A DNA stretch of 64,000 nucleotides, from NCBI RefSeq assembly GCF_963921235.1, contig NC_086108.1:13268001-13332000 (forward strand), read 5' to 3'. Shown here piece by piece: positions 1 to 11,748 of this stretch (the first letter of the stretch is position 1; every line of letters begins with the position of its first letter). This DNA comes from Mobula hypostoma (lineage: Eukaryota). Position numbers and translations under genes: made by a program. The notes below the pieces were generated by a model that did not search any database, had not been told where the DNA came from, and was given only the letters and a program-made list of their open reading frames with translations.

Positions 1-231
1 GAATGGTTATCAAACTGATCGTTCTTTTGTATCGGTGGCCTTATAACTTCTGACAATTCTGACCTCGGGCAGTGAACTTGTAGAACCACCAGGAAGATGA
101 GGAAGGGTCTCTCCCTGATGTCGGGTCCAAGTTCACTCGCCGGCTGAGCTCAAAGAAATAAACGGGGAAAAAGATAAGTAACGACCTTTTTGTGCTGTCG
201 TTATTTGATCCAGCAAAGTTACGTTTACACA

Positions 232-625
232 TTGCTCCTATACTCAATTCCCCTTGTTATAAAGGCCAGCATGCCATTAGCTTTCTTCACTGCCTGCTTG
301 CTTTCAGTGACTGATGTACAAGGACACCTAGATCTTGTTGTACTTCTCCTTTTCCTAACGTGACTCCATTTAGATAATAATCTGCCTTCTTGTTCTTACC
401 AGATTGGATAACCTCACATTTATCCATATTAAACTGCATCTGCCATGCATCCGCCCACTCACCCAGCCTGTCCAAGTCACTCTGTATTCTCATAACATCC
501 TCCTCACATTTCACACTGCCACCCAGCTTTGTGTCATCTGCAAATTTGCTTATGTTACTTTTAATCCCTTCATCTAAATCATTAATGTATATTGTAAACA
601 GCTGCGGTCCCAGCACTGAACCCAG
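232..625 (-). mobile_element. CR1-clade LINE ORF2 reverse transcriptase fragment
   Basis: ORF 287-628 has GSVLGPQLFTIYINDLD...SKFADDTKLGG...WQMQFN, closely matching the CR1 ORF at 58311-60035. Confidence 0.9.
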
Positions 626-879
626 CAATGACCCAAGTTAACAACAGAAATGAATGCCATCTGCAAAAATGGCTCTTCTGTATCATATGGCATTAGATTG
701 TCTCTTAGCAGTAAAAAAAAAGGTGGGGGGAACATCTACAGTTATAGGTAAGAATGTTACATATACATAGCTGACAACCTCGAATACATAATTACTCAAT
801 AAGACGTAATAGTCATATTAATATGCATGATCATAATCTGTATTTTTTGTGTTTGTTTTAAAGCAATTATCACGAGAAT

Positions 880-1500
880 AATCCAAAGTCGTACAGGGAA
901 TTTTTAAAAGCACTATGTACACCCAAAAGCACGAAGATTAACACCACCCAAGACAGCAGGAGGAAGAGGAATAACTGACATAAAACATTTACACAGCAGT
1001 CAGATAAAACTTCACAGGATATACTTTCATCAATGAAAACAGTGTTCAGCACTTCACGTGAGCAAATGCAATTCTGAGAAGAAGCACACACCACTGAGCT
1101 TAAATGAAAGCACAACGCAGAAAAATGAAGAAATTATCACTATAGAATAAAAAGTTAATCAACGGAAGAGCATGATACTGCATGGAAAACATCCCCACAA
1201 TCTGAGCAGATGTTGACAGGAAAGCATTGAATGCCTCTTCCCAGAAAACGTGGGATTCCTTCTGGAAATATAGGACCAGGTGGTTAACATAACAAAATAT
1301 CAAACTTATATAAAAGACAATAAATGCAGAAAATGCCAAGAGAAACCTGAAACAATTAGACACATTATGGGATCCTGCAGCAGTTAACTCAATCTGATTA
1401 TGTACACAGGCACAATCAAGTGGCAAAAATCATTCATCAAGATCTTGCTAAAAACACTAAAAACTCACTAAAGAAATCACTCCTTTTGATAACTGTAAAA
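880..1500 (+). mobile_element. Decayed R4/Dong-clade (RLE-type) non-LTR retrotransposon, C-terminal region
   Basis: Manual translation across frameshifts: RLTPPKTAGGRGITDI (~933), LHGKHP, LFPENVGFLLEI*DQVV, CCHC knuckle CRKCQEKPETIRHIMGSC (~1325-1378), DYVHRHNQVAKIIHQDLA (~1396-1450). Confidence 0.75.
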
Positions 1501-1943
1501 CTGGACTATGGGAAGGAACGGTTTCTTTAGTGAGGCCTCTCTGAGATCCCATGGTTCTGCTCCAACTATTGCTTCTCCATTCTGCTTTCAGACTTTAGAG
1601 GACAGTGGTCTATTCCGACAACCTTTTAGAAGCAGTAAAAATTATCCATAATGCTGAAATGAGCAGGGAATAAGGTGAGCTACCAATGTCATTCTTCCTC
1701 AGCCCAGAGATTCGAGGTATAAAGAACATAAGACATAAATGCAGTCAGCTCCTCTTCAGTCTGCAGAAGGTCATGCAGGAAACCTCTTCACCCAGAGCGG
1801 TGCCTGTTTGGAACAGCTGAGACAGAACTGTTGTGAAACAGGAACACTGGCAGGGACCAGCTAGGCAGAGTTGACTCCTTACTGTACACAAGGTATGTCT
1901 GACATTCACTGGGTACCTGGGACAGAGTTTAGAATACAACTGA

Positions 1944-1949
1944 TTTATT
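1944..1949 (-). promoter_or_regulatory. Putative polyadenylation signal of ZNF gene 1
   Basis: AATAAA on minus, within the context CTGTGACAAATAAATCAGTT that is shared with the ZNF gene 2 flank at 14151-14170. Confidence 0.55.
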
Positions 1950-2233
1950 TGTCACAGATCGAGAATAAACTCCAGTCCCATTAAAGGCAGAAGAAACTCC
2001 TCCCATACCCAGCAACCAGGGTGCACAACTGAGTGTGATGAGTAGCACAGATAATTACACATGTCGTCACCAACAGTCACGTTTGAACTTGCCTCTGCAA
2101 TCAGCAACTATGATGGTAAAATATCCAGCATGTGGCTCATTTAAATTTTCTCCCCCAGTGTGAACTCACTGATGTACCTTCAGTGGAGATGACTGAGTGA
2201 ACCCTATCCCACATTAAGAGCAGGTGAATGCCT

Positions 2234-3073
2234 TTACCCAGTGTGAACTCTCTGGTGTACCTTCAGTAGAGATGACTGAGTAAATCCTTTCCCACAGTCT
2301 GAACAGGTGAACGGCCTCTCCCCAGTGTGAACACGCTGGTGTGCCAGTAAGTGAGATGATGAAGTGAATCCCTTCCCACACACAGAACAGGTGAATGGCC
2401 TTTCTCCAGTGTGAACACGCTGGTGTTTCTGCAGGTTGGATGACTGATTAAATGCCTTACCACAGTCTGAACAGGTGAATGGCCTCTCCCCAGTGTGAAC
2501 TCGCTGGTGTTTCTGCAGGTTGGATGACTGATTAAACCCCTTACCACAGTCTGAGCAGGTGAACGGCCTCTCCCCAGTGTGAACTCGTTGGTGTCTCTGT
2601 AGGCTGGATGAGTGAGTGAATGCCTTCCTGCAGTGAGAGCAGATGAATGGTCTCTCCCCGGTATGAACTGACTGGTGTGCCAACAGGTCAGATGAACGAG
2701 TGAATGCCTTCCTACAGTCTGAGCAGGTGAATGGCCTCTCCCCAGTGTGAACTCGCTGGTGTGCCAACAGGTCAGATGATCGAGTGAATCTCTTCCTACA
2801 GTCTGAGCAGGTGAATGGCCTCTCCCCAGTGTGAACTCGCTGGTGTGCCAACAGGTCAGATGATCGAGTGAACCCTTTACTACAGTCTGAACAGATGAAT
2901 GGCCTCTCCCCAGTGTGAATTCGCTGATGTTCCTTCAGTTGAGATGACCGACTGAATCCCTTCCCACAGTCTGAACAGGTGAAAGGCATCTCCCCAGTGT
3001 GAACTCGCTGATGTACCTTCAGTTGAGATGACCGAATGAAATCCTTCCCACAGTCTGAGCAGGTGAAAGGCAT
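2234..3073 (-). CDS. C2H2 (Krueppel-type) zinc-finger protein, 10 tandem fingers
   Basis: 279-aa ORF of CxxC-x12-HxxxH units with TGERPF linkers; degenerate fingers continue at ~3075-3350 and ~2150-2233; no KRAB/SCAN domain seen. Confidence 0.9.
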   Translation of the reverse strand: MPFTCSDCGKDFIRSSQLKVHQRVHTGEMPFTCSDCGKGFSRSSQLKEHQRIHTGERPFICSDCSKGFTRSSDLLAHQRVHTGERPFTCSDCRKRFTRSSDLLAHQRVHTGERPFTCSDCRKAFTRSSDLLAHQSVHTGERPFICSHCRKAFTHSSSLQRHQRVHTGERPFTCSDCGKGFNQSSNLQKHQRVHTGERPFTCSDCGKAFNQSSNLQKHQRVHTGERPFTCSVCGKGFTSSSHLLAHQRVHTGERPFTCSDCGKGFTQSSLLKVHQRVHTG

Positions 3074-3369
3074 CTTTGCAGTGTGAACTGACTGATGTAC
3101 CTTCAGTTGAAGCGACCAAGTGAATTTGTTTACCCAGTCTGAGCAGATAAAGACCTTTCCCCAGTGTGAATTCGCTGATGTACCTACAGTGGAGATCCAA
3201 GTGAATTCTTTCCTACAGTCTGAGAAGGTAAACAGCCAGTGTGAACTAGCTGGTGTGCCAACAGGTCAAATGTTCGAGTGAATCCACAGTCTGTACAGGT
3301 GAAAGGCTTCTCCCCAGTGTGAAGTCGGTTGAGATAACCTTCCTAAAGTCTGAGCTCCCAAACGTCCTA

Positions 3370-3812
3370 TAGATGGGCGGGGAAAGCGCTGGAACATTCA
3401 CCCATGGTTGCCTCTGTACCCAGAAACACCCGCGAACGAGAGAGCTGTCTATTCATCGCGGTCCCAGCGAAGAGCATGCGCCACAAAAATGGCGTCAGCA
3501 CCTTCGCTCATGAGCAAAAAACTTCCCGGGGCCTTGGTACAGATCATGGGGCTGAAAGAGAGGAAAAGGAGCGGGACTGCCCAGGGTTTGCGGGGCCTCA
3601 GTGTGTCCGGATCTCGGAGCAATTGGCCCTCAATCGGAGTGCTGATAAACACCTGCCCAAAACCCCGCTCCTACCTGCTACCGAACCTCCAAAGCCTTTT
3701 GTCTACTAGCGCATGCGCGGTATTCGGGACCAGCCAGAGCCCTGACGCCTGCGCACTTGATCGCTGGGTCACCGGCGGCAAATTCCGGAACGCGGAGGTT
3801 TCTGGGTAAGTG
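3370..3812. promoter_or_regulatory. CpG-rich promoter-like island 1
   Basis: Local CpG enrichment; GC box GGGCGGG ~3374; YY1-like AAAATGGCG ~3486; NRF1-like GCGCATGCGC ~3708; ETS-like TTCCGGAA 3783; plus-strand donor GG|GTAAGT at 3806. Confidence 0.7.
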
Positions 3813-3869
3813 AATTTTCAATACTGTAAATTTTATTATCCAAGTATCTAAACGTGGCCAGCCTGGATT

Positions 3870-5550
3870 TATTTTCATGTGGGCACACTCAGCAAATCTA
3901 TAGAATAATAACTGTAACAGTGAAAGATGAACCAGAGTGCAGAAAACAACAAACTATGCAAATAAAAATCTCAATAAATAATGAGACCACTGGATAATAA
4001 GAGAGAGTCAGTGAGATCATTGATTGTGGGAACATCTCAATGATGGGGCAAGTGAGTGCAGCTATTCCCTTTCATTCAAGAGCCTGATGGTTGAGGGGTA
4101 GTAACTTCCGGACCTGATGGCGTGAGTCCTGAAGCTCTGTACCTTCTACCTGATTGCAGCAGCGAGAAGAGAGCTTGACCTGGGTGGTGGAAGGGTCCCT
4201 GATGATGGATGCTGCTTTCCTATGACAGCATTTCATGTAGATGTGCTCAGTGGTTGGGAGGGTACTGTGAAGTACTGGGCCAAATTCACGACACTTTGTA
4301 GGATTTTCCGTTCAAAGGCATTCATGTTTCCATACCAGACCATGATGCAGCCTGACAATACGCTCTATGTTACACATCTGTACAAGTGTGTCAAAGTTTC
4401 AGATATCACGCCAAATCTCCGCAGACTCCTGAGGAAGTAGAGGCGCTGACATACCTCTTCACAAGTGCACTTCAATGCTGGGTCCAGGACAGGTCCTCTG
4501 AAATAGTAGCACCCAGGAATTTAAAGCTGCTGGGGGTAGCAATGAGGAGAGGGCATGCCCTGGGTGATGGGGGCCCTCAATGATGGATGTCGCCTTTTTG
4601 AAGCACCGCTCCTTGAAGATGTCCTGGATACTATGGAGACTAGTACCCATGATGGAGCTGACTAATTTTACCACTCTCTGCAGCTTACATTGATCCTGTG
4701 CAGTAGCACCCCTCCCCTCCCCACATACCAGATGGTGATGCAGCAGTCAGAATGCTCTCTACGGTACATCTGTAGAAATTTTCAAGTGTTTCAGGTGACA
4801 TTCCAAATCTCCTCAAACTCCTAATGAAATATAATTTCTGTCTTGCCTTCTTTATAGCTGCATCGATATGCTAGGACCAGGCTAGATCCTCAGAGATATT
4901 GACGCCCAGGAACTTGAAATTGCTCACTCTGTCCACTTCTGCTCCCTCTATAAGGATCGGTGTGTGTCCCTCATCTTACCCTTTCCGAAGCCCACAATCA
5001 GTTCTTTGGTCTTACTGATACTGAGTGCAAGGTTGTCACTGCGACACCACTAACTAGCTGATATATCTCACTCTTGTAGGCCCTCTCAGCATTGTCTGAG
5101 ATTCCACCAAAAAATGGTTGTATCATCAGCAAATTTATGGATGACATTTGGACTGTGTCTCGCCACACAGTCAATGATATAGAGAGAGTAGAGCAGTTGG
5201 CTAAGCACACATCCCTGAGGTGTGCCTATGTTGATTGTCAGCGAGGTGCAGATGTTATTTCCAAAATGCACAGAGCTGGACAGTCAAGGATCCAGGTACA
5301 GAGAGCGGTACAGAGGCCCAGTTAATGTAGCTTTTTAATCAGGACTGAATAATGCTGTTAACCGCTGAGCTATAGTCAATAAACAGCAATCATGGCATAG
5401 GTATTTGTATTGTCCAGGTGATCAAGGCCAAGGAGATTGTGTCTGCTGAGACCTATTGTAATAACAGGCATTTGCAGTGGATCCAGGTCCTTGCTGAGGC
5501 AGGCGTTGATTCTAACCATGACAAACCCCTCAAAGCACTTCATCACCGTA
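3870..5550 (-). mobile_element. Two tandem decayed Rex1/Babar-clade LINE 3' fragments
   Basis: GTPQGCVLSQLLYSLY...IHKFADDTT (5086-5271); the C-terminal HHPGHALxSLLP-type motif occurs twice (~4150-4200, ~4540-4580). Confidence 0.8.
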
Positions 5551-5649
5551 GATGTGTCTCACCCCCTCCCTACATCTTACATCTTTCCTGCTCCCTCTGC
5601 CCTTCCGCATCATCCCCTCTGCCTCATCCCCTCTTGATCTCCCTCTCTG

Positions 5650-6095
5650 CCTTGCATCCTCCACCATCTTTGTCTTTCTGTGCTCAACCCCGTTCCCCAT
5701 TCCCCCTCTGTGCCCCACCCCATCCCCCATTCCCCCATCTGTGCCCCACCCCGTGCCCATTCCCCTCTATCTGCGCCCCAGCCCATCCTCCATTCCCCTC
5801 TATCAGTGCCCCACCCCGTCCCCCATTCCCCCTCTATCTGTGCCCCACCCCATCCCCCTCTGTTCCCCACCCCGTACCCCATTCCCCTCTATCTGGGCCC
5901 CACCCCGTCCCCCTTTCGTCTCTATCAGTGCCCCCCGTCCCCATTCCCCTCTATCTCTGCCCCACCCTGTCCCCATTCTCCCCTATCTGTGCCCCACCCC
6001 ATCCCCTATTCCCCCTCTATCTGTGCCCCACCCCATCCCCATTCCCCTCTATCTCTGCCCCACCCCGTGCCCATTCCCCCTCTATCTATGCCTCG
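5650..6095 (+). repeat. C-rich minisatellite, unit ~32-34 bp (CCCCACCCCRTCCCCATTCCCCTCTATCTGTG)
   Basis: About a dozen recognisable tandem units; source of spurious Pro-rich ORFs. Confidence 0.85.
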
Positions 6096-6099
6096 CCAT

Positions 6100-6747
6100 C
6101 TTAGACCATAAGACCATGAGATATAGGAGCTGAAGTGGGCCATTTGGCTCATTGAGTCTGCTCCCCACATTCAATCATGGGCTGATCCAATTCTTCCAGT
6201 CATCCCCACTCTCCTGCTTTCACCCCATACCCTTTGATGTCCTGGCTAATCAAGAACATATGTATCTCTGCCTTAAATTCACCCAATGACTTTGCCTCCA
6301 CAGCCACTCGTGGCAACAAATTCCACAGTTTTAAAACTCTCTGACTAAAATAATTTCTTTGCATCTCAGTTCTAAAAGGACGTCCTTCAATCCTGAAGTC
6401 GAGCCCTCTTGTCCTAGAATCCCTACCGTGGGAAATAACTTTGCCATATCTAATCTGTTCAGGCCTTAACTCCTTCTCCTGAACTCCAGGGAATACAGCC
6501 TAAGAGCTGCCAGACGTTCCTCATACAGTAACCCTTTCATTCCTGGAATTATTCTCATGAATCTTCTCTGAACCCTCTCCAATGTCAGTATATTGTTTCT
6601 AAAACAAGGAGCCCAAAGCTGCACACAATACTCCAAGTGTGATCTCATGAGTGCCTTATAGAGCCTCAACATCACATCCCTGCTCTTATATTCTATACCT
6701 CTAGAAATGAATGCCAACATTGTACTCACCTTCTTCACAACCGACTC
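6100..6747 (-). mobile_element. CR1 LINE 3' end (ORF2 C-terminus, 3' UTR and short-repeat tail)
   Basis: [33 protein letters not shown]...LYSLEFRR; tail reads AGACCATAAGACCAT on plus at ~6103; similar to 52415-53245. Confidence 0.9.
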
Positions 6748-9135
6748 TTGGACAGGACAATTTCCATACCAGGTTGTGATGCACCCTAGAAGAATGTTTT
6801 CTACGGTGCATCTATAAAAATTAGTGAGGGTTTTAGGGGACAGGCCAAATTTCTTAAGTTTTATCAGGAAGTAAAGGCGCTGGTGGGCCTTCTTGGCAGT
6901 GGACTCTGCTTGGTTGGACCAAGTCAGGTCATTTGTGATTTTGACCCCGAGGAACTTAATGCTTTTGACCTGTTCCACTTGCGCATCACTGATGTAAGTT
7001 GGGTCGTGCGGTCCGCTACTCCTTCTGAAGTCAACAACCAATTCCTTCGTATTGCTGACGTTGAGGGATAGGTTATTGTCTTCGCACCATGCCACCAGGT
7101 TCTTAATTTCCTCTCTGTACTCAAACTCATCATTATCCGAGATATGGCCTACAATTGTGTCATTAGCAAACTTATATATTGAGTTTGATGGAAACTTGGC
7201 TACACAATCATGGGTGTACAGTGAGTACAGCAGGGGCCTGAGTACACAGCCTTGTGGGGCACCGGTGCTCAGAGTGATTGTAGAGGAGAGCTTGTCCCCT
7301 ATTTTTACAGCCTGGGTCCTGTCTGTGAGGAAGTTGAAGATCCAGCTGCAGACCTGAGTGCTAAGGCCCAGGTTCCGGAGCTTAGGAATCAGTTTATTTG
7401 GAATGATGGTATTAAAGGCAGAGCTGTAGTCAATGAATAGGAGCCTTACGTATGCGTCTTTATTCTCCAGGTATTCTAAGGAGGAATGTAGGGCCAGAGA
7501 GATGGCATCTGCCGTTGACCTGTTGTTCCAGTAGGCGAATTGCAAAGCGTCGAGGTTGACCGGTAGGCTGTGGTTGATGTGTGCCATAATCAATCGCTCG
7601 AAGCACTTCATAGCAATTGATGTCAGAGCCACAGGTCGATAGTCATTCAGGCATGCCACCTTGCTCTTCTTCGGCACTGGGATTATCGTTGCCTTCTTAA
7701 AACACAAGGGGAACTTAGACTGAAGCAAGAAGCAGTGGAAGATGTCAGCAAACACTCCAGCTAGCTCGCTTGCACAGGCCCGGAGAACCCATCCTGGGAC
7801 GCCATCTGGGCCCATCGCCTTCCTTGGATTTAACGTCCTCCTCGGTGACGATGAATCTCGATGCCACCAGATCTGGTTCATCCGGAGGGAGCGGGACGCT
7901 CCTCTTCTGTTCGAATCTTGCGTAGAATACGTTAAGTTCATCAGGAAGAGAAGCACCACAGTTATTGATATTCCCAGCCTTCTCTTTGCACCCAGTGATC
8001 TCATTTAGACCCTGCCATAGTCTACTGGCATCCCTTTGGTTAGCCTGGGCTTCCAACTTGGCTCGATATTGCCTCTTGGCGCCCTTAATTGCTTTCTGGA
8101 GTTCACACCTGGATTCCATGTAGCGACTGGTATCCCCAGACCTAAAAGCCGCAGCACTAGCCTTTAAAAGGGACTTAACCTCATAATTCATCCAAGGTTT
8201 CTGGTTAGGGAATACCCGGATCGTCTTGCGAGACACACAGTCCTCCGTGCATTTCCAAATAAAGTCCGTGACAGCTGAGGCATACTCTTTGAGGTTAGCT
8301 GCTGAGTCCTTGAATACTAACCAGTCCACCGATTCAAAGCAGTCACGGAGGCTCTCATCCATTTCCTCCGTCCAACGCGACATTACTTTTGACACCGTGA
8401 CCTCCCGCTTCAGTTTCTGTTTGTAAGTCGGGAGGAGGAGTATGGCCTGATGGTCCGATTTTCCGAAGTGAAGTCGTGGGACAGAACGGTAGGCATCCTT
8501 GACTGCTGTGTAGCAGTGGTCAAGTATATTCGGGCCTCTAGTGGGGCAGGAGACATGTTGGTATAACTTTGGCAGTGCCTTCCTGAGGTTGGCCTGGTTA
8601 AAGTCCCCAGCTGTAATGAGTAAAGCCTCCGGATACCTGGTCTCAAGTTCACTGATGTCGGCATACAGTATGTTCAGAGCACACTCCACGTCCACCTGGG
8701 GGGGGGAATGTAGACCGCTGTCAGTATGACCGAGGTGAATTCCCGTGGCAGATAGTAGGGACAACACTTCACCGACAGGTGTTCCAGGTCTGGGCTGCAA
8801 GAGCTTGTCAATGCCACTGTGTCCGAGCACCACCCAGTGTTGATCAGTAGGCAGACACCACCTCCCCTCGTCTTGCCCAGAGACACCGTGTGGTCCATCC
8901 TATGGATCAAAAATCCCTCCGGTCAGATGGCACAGTCGGGGGTGGCGGGGAGAGCCAGATCTCGGTGGAACAGAATACACAGCAGTTCTGCATCTCCCTG
9001 CAGTAGATGAGTCTCCCTCTAAGATCATCCACCTTGTTCTCCATGGCTTGCACATTAGCTAGTAGGATAGTGGGCATAGGGACCCTGAAGCCCCTCTGCT
9101 TCAATCTGACCAGCAGCCCAGCTCTTTTCCCACGC
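6748..9135 (-). mobile_element. Rex1/Babar-clade LINE, APE endonuclease plus RT, frameshifted, lacking its own 3' end
   Basis: RGKRAGLLVRLKQRG..PTILLANVQ (APE start), [61 protein letters not shown]. Confidence 0.9.
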
Positions 9136-10600
9136 TATATCCTTGGACGTTAAGCTCCCAATGGCAACCATCCTTTAGCCAAGTTTCAGAGATGGCCACA
9201 ACATCATACTTGCCAATCTGTAGATGAATTTCAAGATCGTCCATTTTATTCCACATGCTGTGTGCTTTCAAATACAACACCCTCAGTCCAGTATTTGTTG
9301 CTTTCTGTTTTAACTGCACCACGCCTCTATTGCCCTGTAACTCGTCCCACTAGCTGTGATTGTGCCTCATTTCCTACCTGTCATTTCTATCATCTCTGTT
9401 GCACACTATCTTTGATTCATTTCTGTTTCCCCCTTCCTCAGCCCTATCACTACAGTTCCTATCCCCCTGCTAAATTAGTTTAAACCCTCCCTAACTGTTC
9501 TATTAAATGTGCCCAATGGGATATTGGACCCCTTTGGGTTCAGGTGTAACCTGTCCTTTTTGTACAGGTTGTACCTCCCCCAGAAGAGGTCCCACTGATC
9601 CAGGAATCTGAATCCCTGTCCCCTACACCAGTCTCTCAGCCACACATTAATATGCCTGATCATGCTATTCTTGCACTCACTAGCACATGGCACAGGCAGC
9701 AATCCTGAAATTACTACCCAGAGGTCTTGCTTTTAAGATTCCTACCTAACTCCCTGAATTCTCTTTTCAGGACTTCCTCCCTTTTTCTACCTATGTCATT
9801 GGTACCAACGTGTACCAGGACTTCTGGCTGTTCACCCTCTCCCTTCAGGGTACTCCACACCCGATCCGAGACATCCTGTACCCTGGCACCTGGGAGGCAA
9901 CACACCATGCGGGTGTCTCTATCAGGCTGACAGAATCTCCTGTCTGTCCCCCTCACTCTGGAATCCCCTATGACTACCGCATTCCTCATCTTCTTCTTTC
10001 CCATCTGCACCACTGAACCAGGCTGTGCCAGAGACCCGATCACCGTGGTTGTCCTTTGTCAGGTCACCCCCCCCCCCGCCCCAACCACATCCAAAACAAG
10101 ATAACGATTACTGAGGGGGATGGCCACGGGGTGCTCTCTACTATCTGAGCTCTTTCCCTCGCTTCCCTGACACCTGTAGCTCCTCTCTATCTCCAGCTCA
10201 CTCTCCCTAATAAGCTGTAGGTCATCGAGCCGCAGCTCCAGGTCCCTAACATGGTCCCTCAGGAGCTGCACCTGGTGCAGATGTGGCCATCTGGGAGACT
10301 GGAAGATTCCCAGGATTCCCACATCCGACACCCAGAACAAAATACTAACCCTACCGACATGCTCTCTATTTCTCAAAAAAAAATGCAAAGGAAAACCAAA
10401 AACGAATTCCACTTAGCCACTTATCTCGCCGAAGCCTGAACGAGCAAAAGCCTGGCATTTCTACTCTTGCCACTGGCCTACTCCCGACAATGGCCGCTCC
10501 GCTCATCCCTTCTCTACTTTTGTTTAGTTCATCGAGCTCAGTTGCCGCCGCTGATAGGCCCCGCACAATGGACTAACGCCTGCGAAGCTCTTGTTTTACG
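9136..10600 (-). mobile_element. CR1 LINE 5' part: ORF1 (leucine zipper plus SGNH esterase) and start of the ORF2 endonuclease
   Basis: LLRDHVRDLELRLDDL zipper; VVIGDSRVRG, CCLPGARVQDV, VHVGTNDIG, LYKKDRLHLN esterase motifs; YDVVAISETWL APE motif at 9101-9322. Confidence 0.88.
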
Positions 10601-10644
10601 TCACTGACCCTGACCTGCGAGAAGCACTCCTTCTTCCCTGTCTG

Positions 10645-10860
10645 TCATGGCCACTTGCCACCCCTTTCTCCTTCTCCCCTGCCACAGCCCCTTGCCACCC
10701 CTTTCTCCTTCTCCCCTTCTGCCTCACCCCATCTCCCTCTCCCTCTCACCCATCTCCTCTCCTGTCCCTGCCTCACCCCTCTCCCTCTCTTTTGCTCTCA
10801 CACTTCCTCTATGCCCCCTTTGCTCCCTCGACCTCTCCCTCTCCTTCCCTCCCCTCTTTA
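10645..10860 (+). repeat. CT-rich low-complexity tract
   Basis: Polypyrimidine stretch with a duplicated TTGCCACCCCTTTCTCCTTCTCCCCT. Confidence 0.75.
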
Positions 10861-11299
10861 GCTGATTTAGTGCTCTGCAAAGCAGATTTTACTTCAGTTG
10901 GTGTTATTGGAAATGTGTGTCATCATATTCCGAGCTATAGGAAGAAGAGATCTCCATGATGTTACCAGGGTTAGAGAGCTTGAGTTATAAAGGAAGGCTT
11001 GATATACTGTAACCATTTTTCCTGGACCATAGGAGGCTGTGTAGCTGTATACAGTATAAGATCATTAGAGGTAGATGGCCAGTCTTTTTCACGGGGGTAG
11101 GGGATGCCAGTTGATATTTCAGGACGGGACCTTTCACCGTGTGCAGACTGTTTATTCCTCTGCTTAGGTGCAGCCTGACCCGCTGAGTTCTTTCAGCATT
11201 TTGTGTTTGTGGGTGGACTGGACTTTGACACACAGAATGCCTGTTGACAGTGTTTGTGGGAGCTGGCGGGCTTTCTACATTAAAACATTGACTGTTTTT

Positions 11300-11640
11300 T
11301 GAGGCCTGTAGTGTGGACCCAGAGCCGGCGGGCACCCTGCTTACCCAGAAACCTCCGCGTCTCAGTCCAAGGGGCACCGGCACTTCCGGAAGATCACGCA
11401 TGCGCTCAGCGGAGAAAAAGTCTCTGGAGAATCGGCAGTAGGTATGAACGGGTTCCAGGCGCGGGAGTCGCCAATACCGGCGGCTGAGGAACAATTGCTG
11501 CGAGCTCCAGTCACATCCCGGTCCTTTCCCTCTCTCTCAGCCCCACGAGTCGTGTCCGTAGCCGGGGAGTTTTCCGCTGATGAGCCCAGGTGCTGGCGCA
11601 TGCGCATCGTTGCTCGGTGCCCAGTTAAAAGCTGATGTGT
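11300..11640. promoter_or_regulatory. CpG-rich promoter-like island 2
   Basis: CpG enrichment; ETS-like CACTTCCGGAAG 11381; NRF1-like CGCATGCGC ~11397 and GCGCATGCGCA ~11596; minus-strand donor GG|GTAAGC at 11344. Confidence 0.7.
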
Positions 11641-11724
11641 TGAACCTGGTTTTGCAGTTTGATATCAGAGCTCACCAGAGAGACTAAAATTATCTCATTT
11701 GAAAGGTTGTCCTTCACCTATGTA

Positions 11725-11748
11725 TGTTGTTTGTAAATCTTTTTACAG
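11725..11748 (+). promoter_or_regulatory. Candidate splice acceptor opening the ZNF gene 2 exon
   Basis: TGTTGTTTGTAAATCTTTTTACAG|G upstream of the finger array. Confidence 0.45.

Noticed and set aside
3404..3809. 101-aa and 133-aa ORFs in CpG island 1
   Set aside because: No recognisable domain; GC-rich sequence is stop-poor; better explained as promoter or first exon
5418..6133. Proline-rich protein ORFs
   Set aside because: Open in several frames only because the C-rich minisatellite lacks stops
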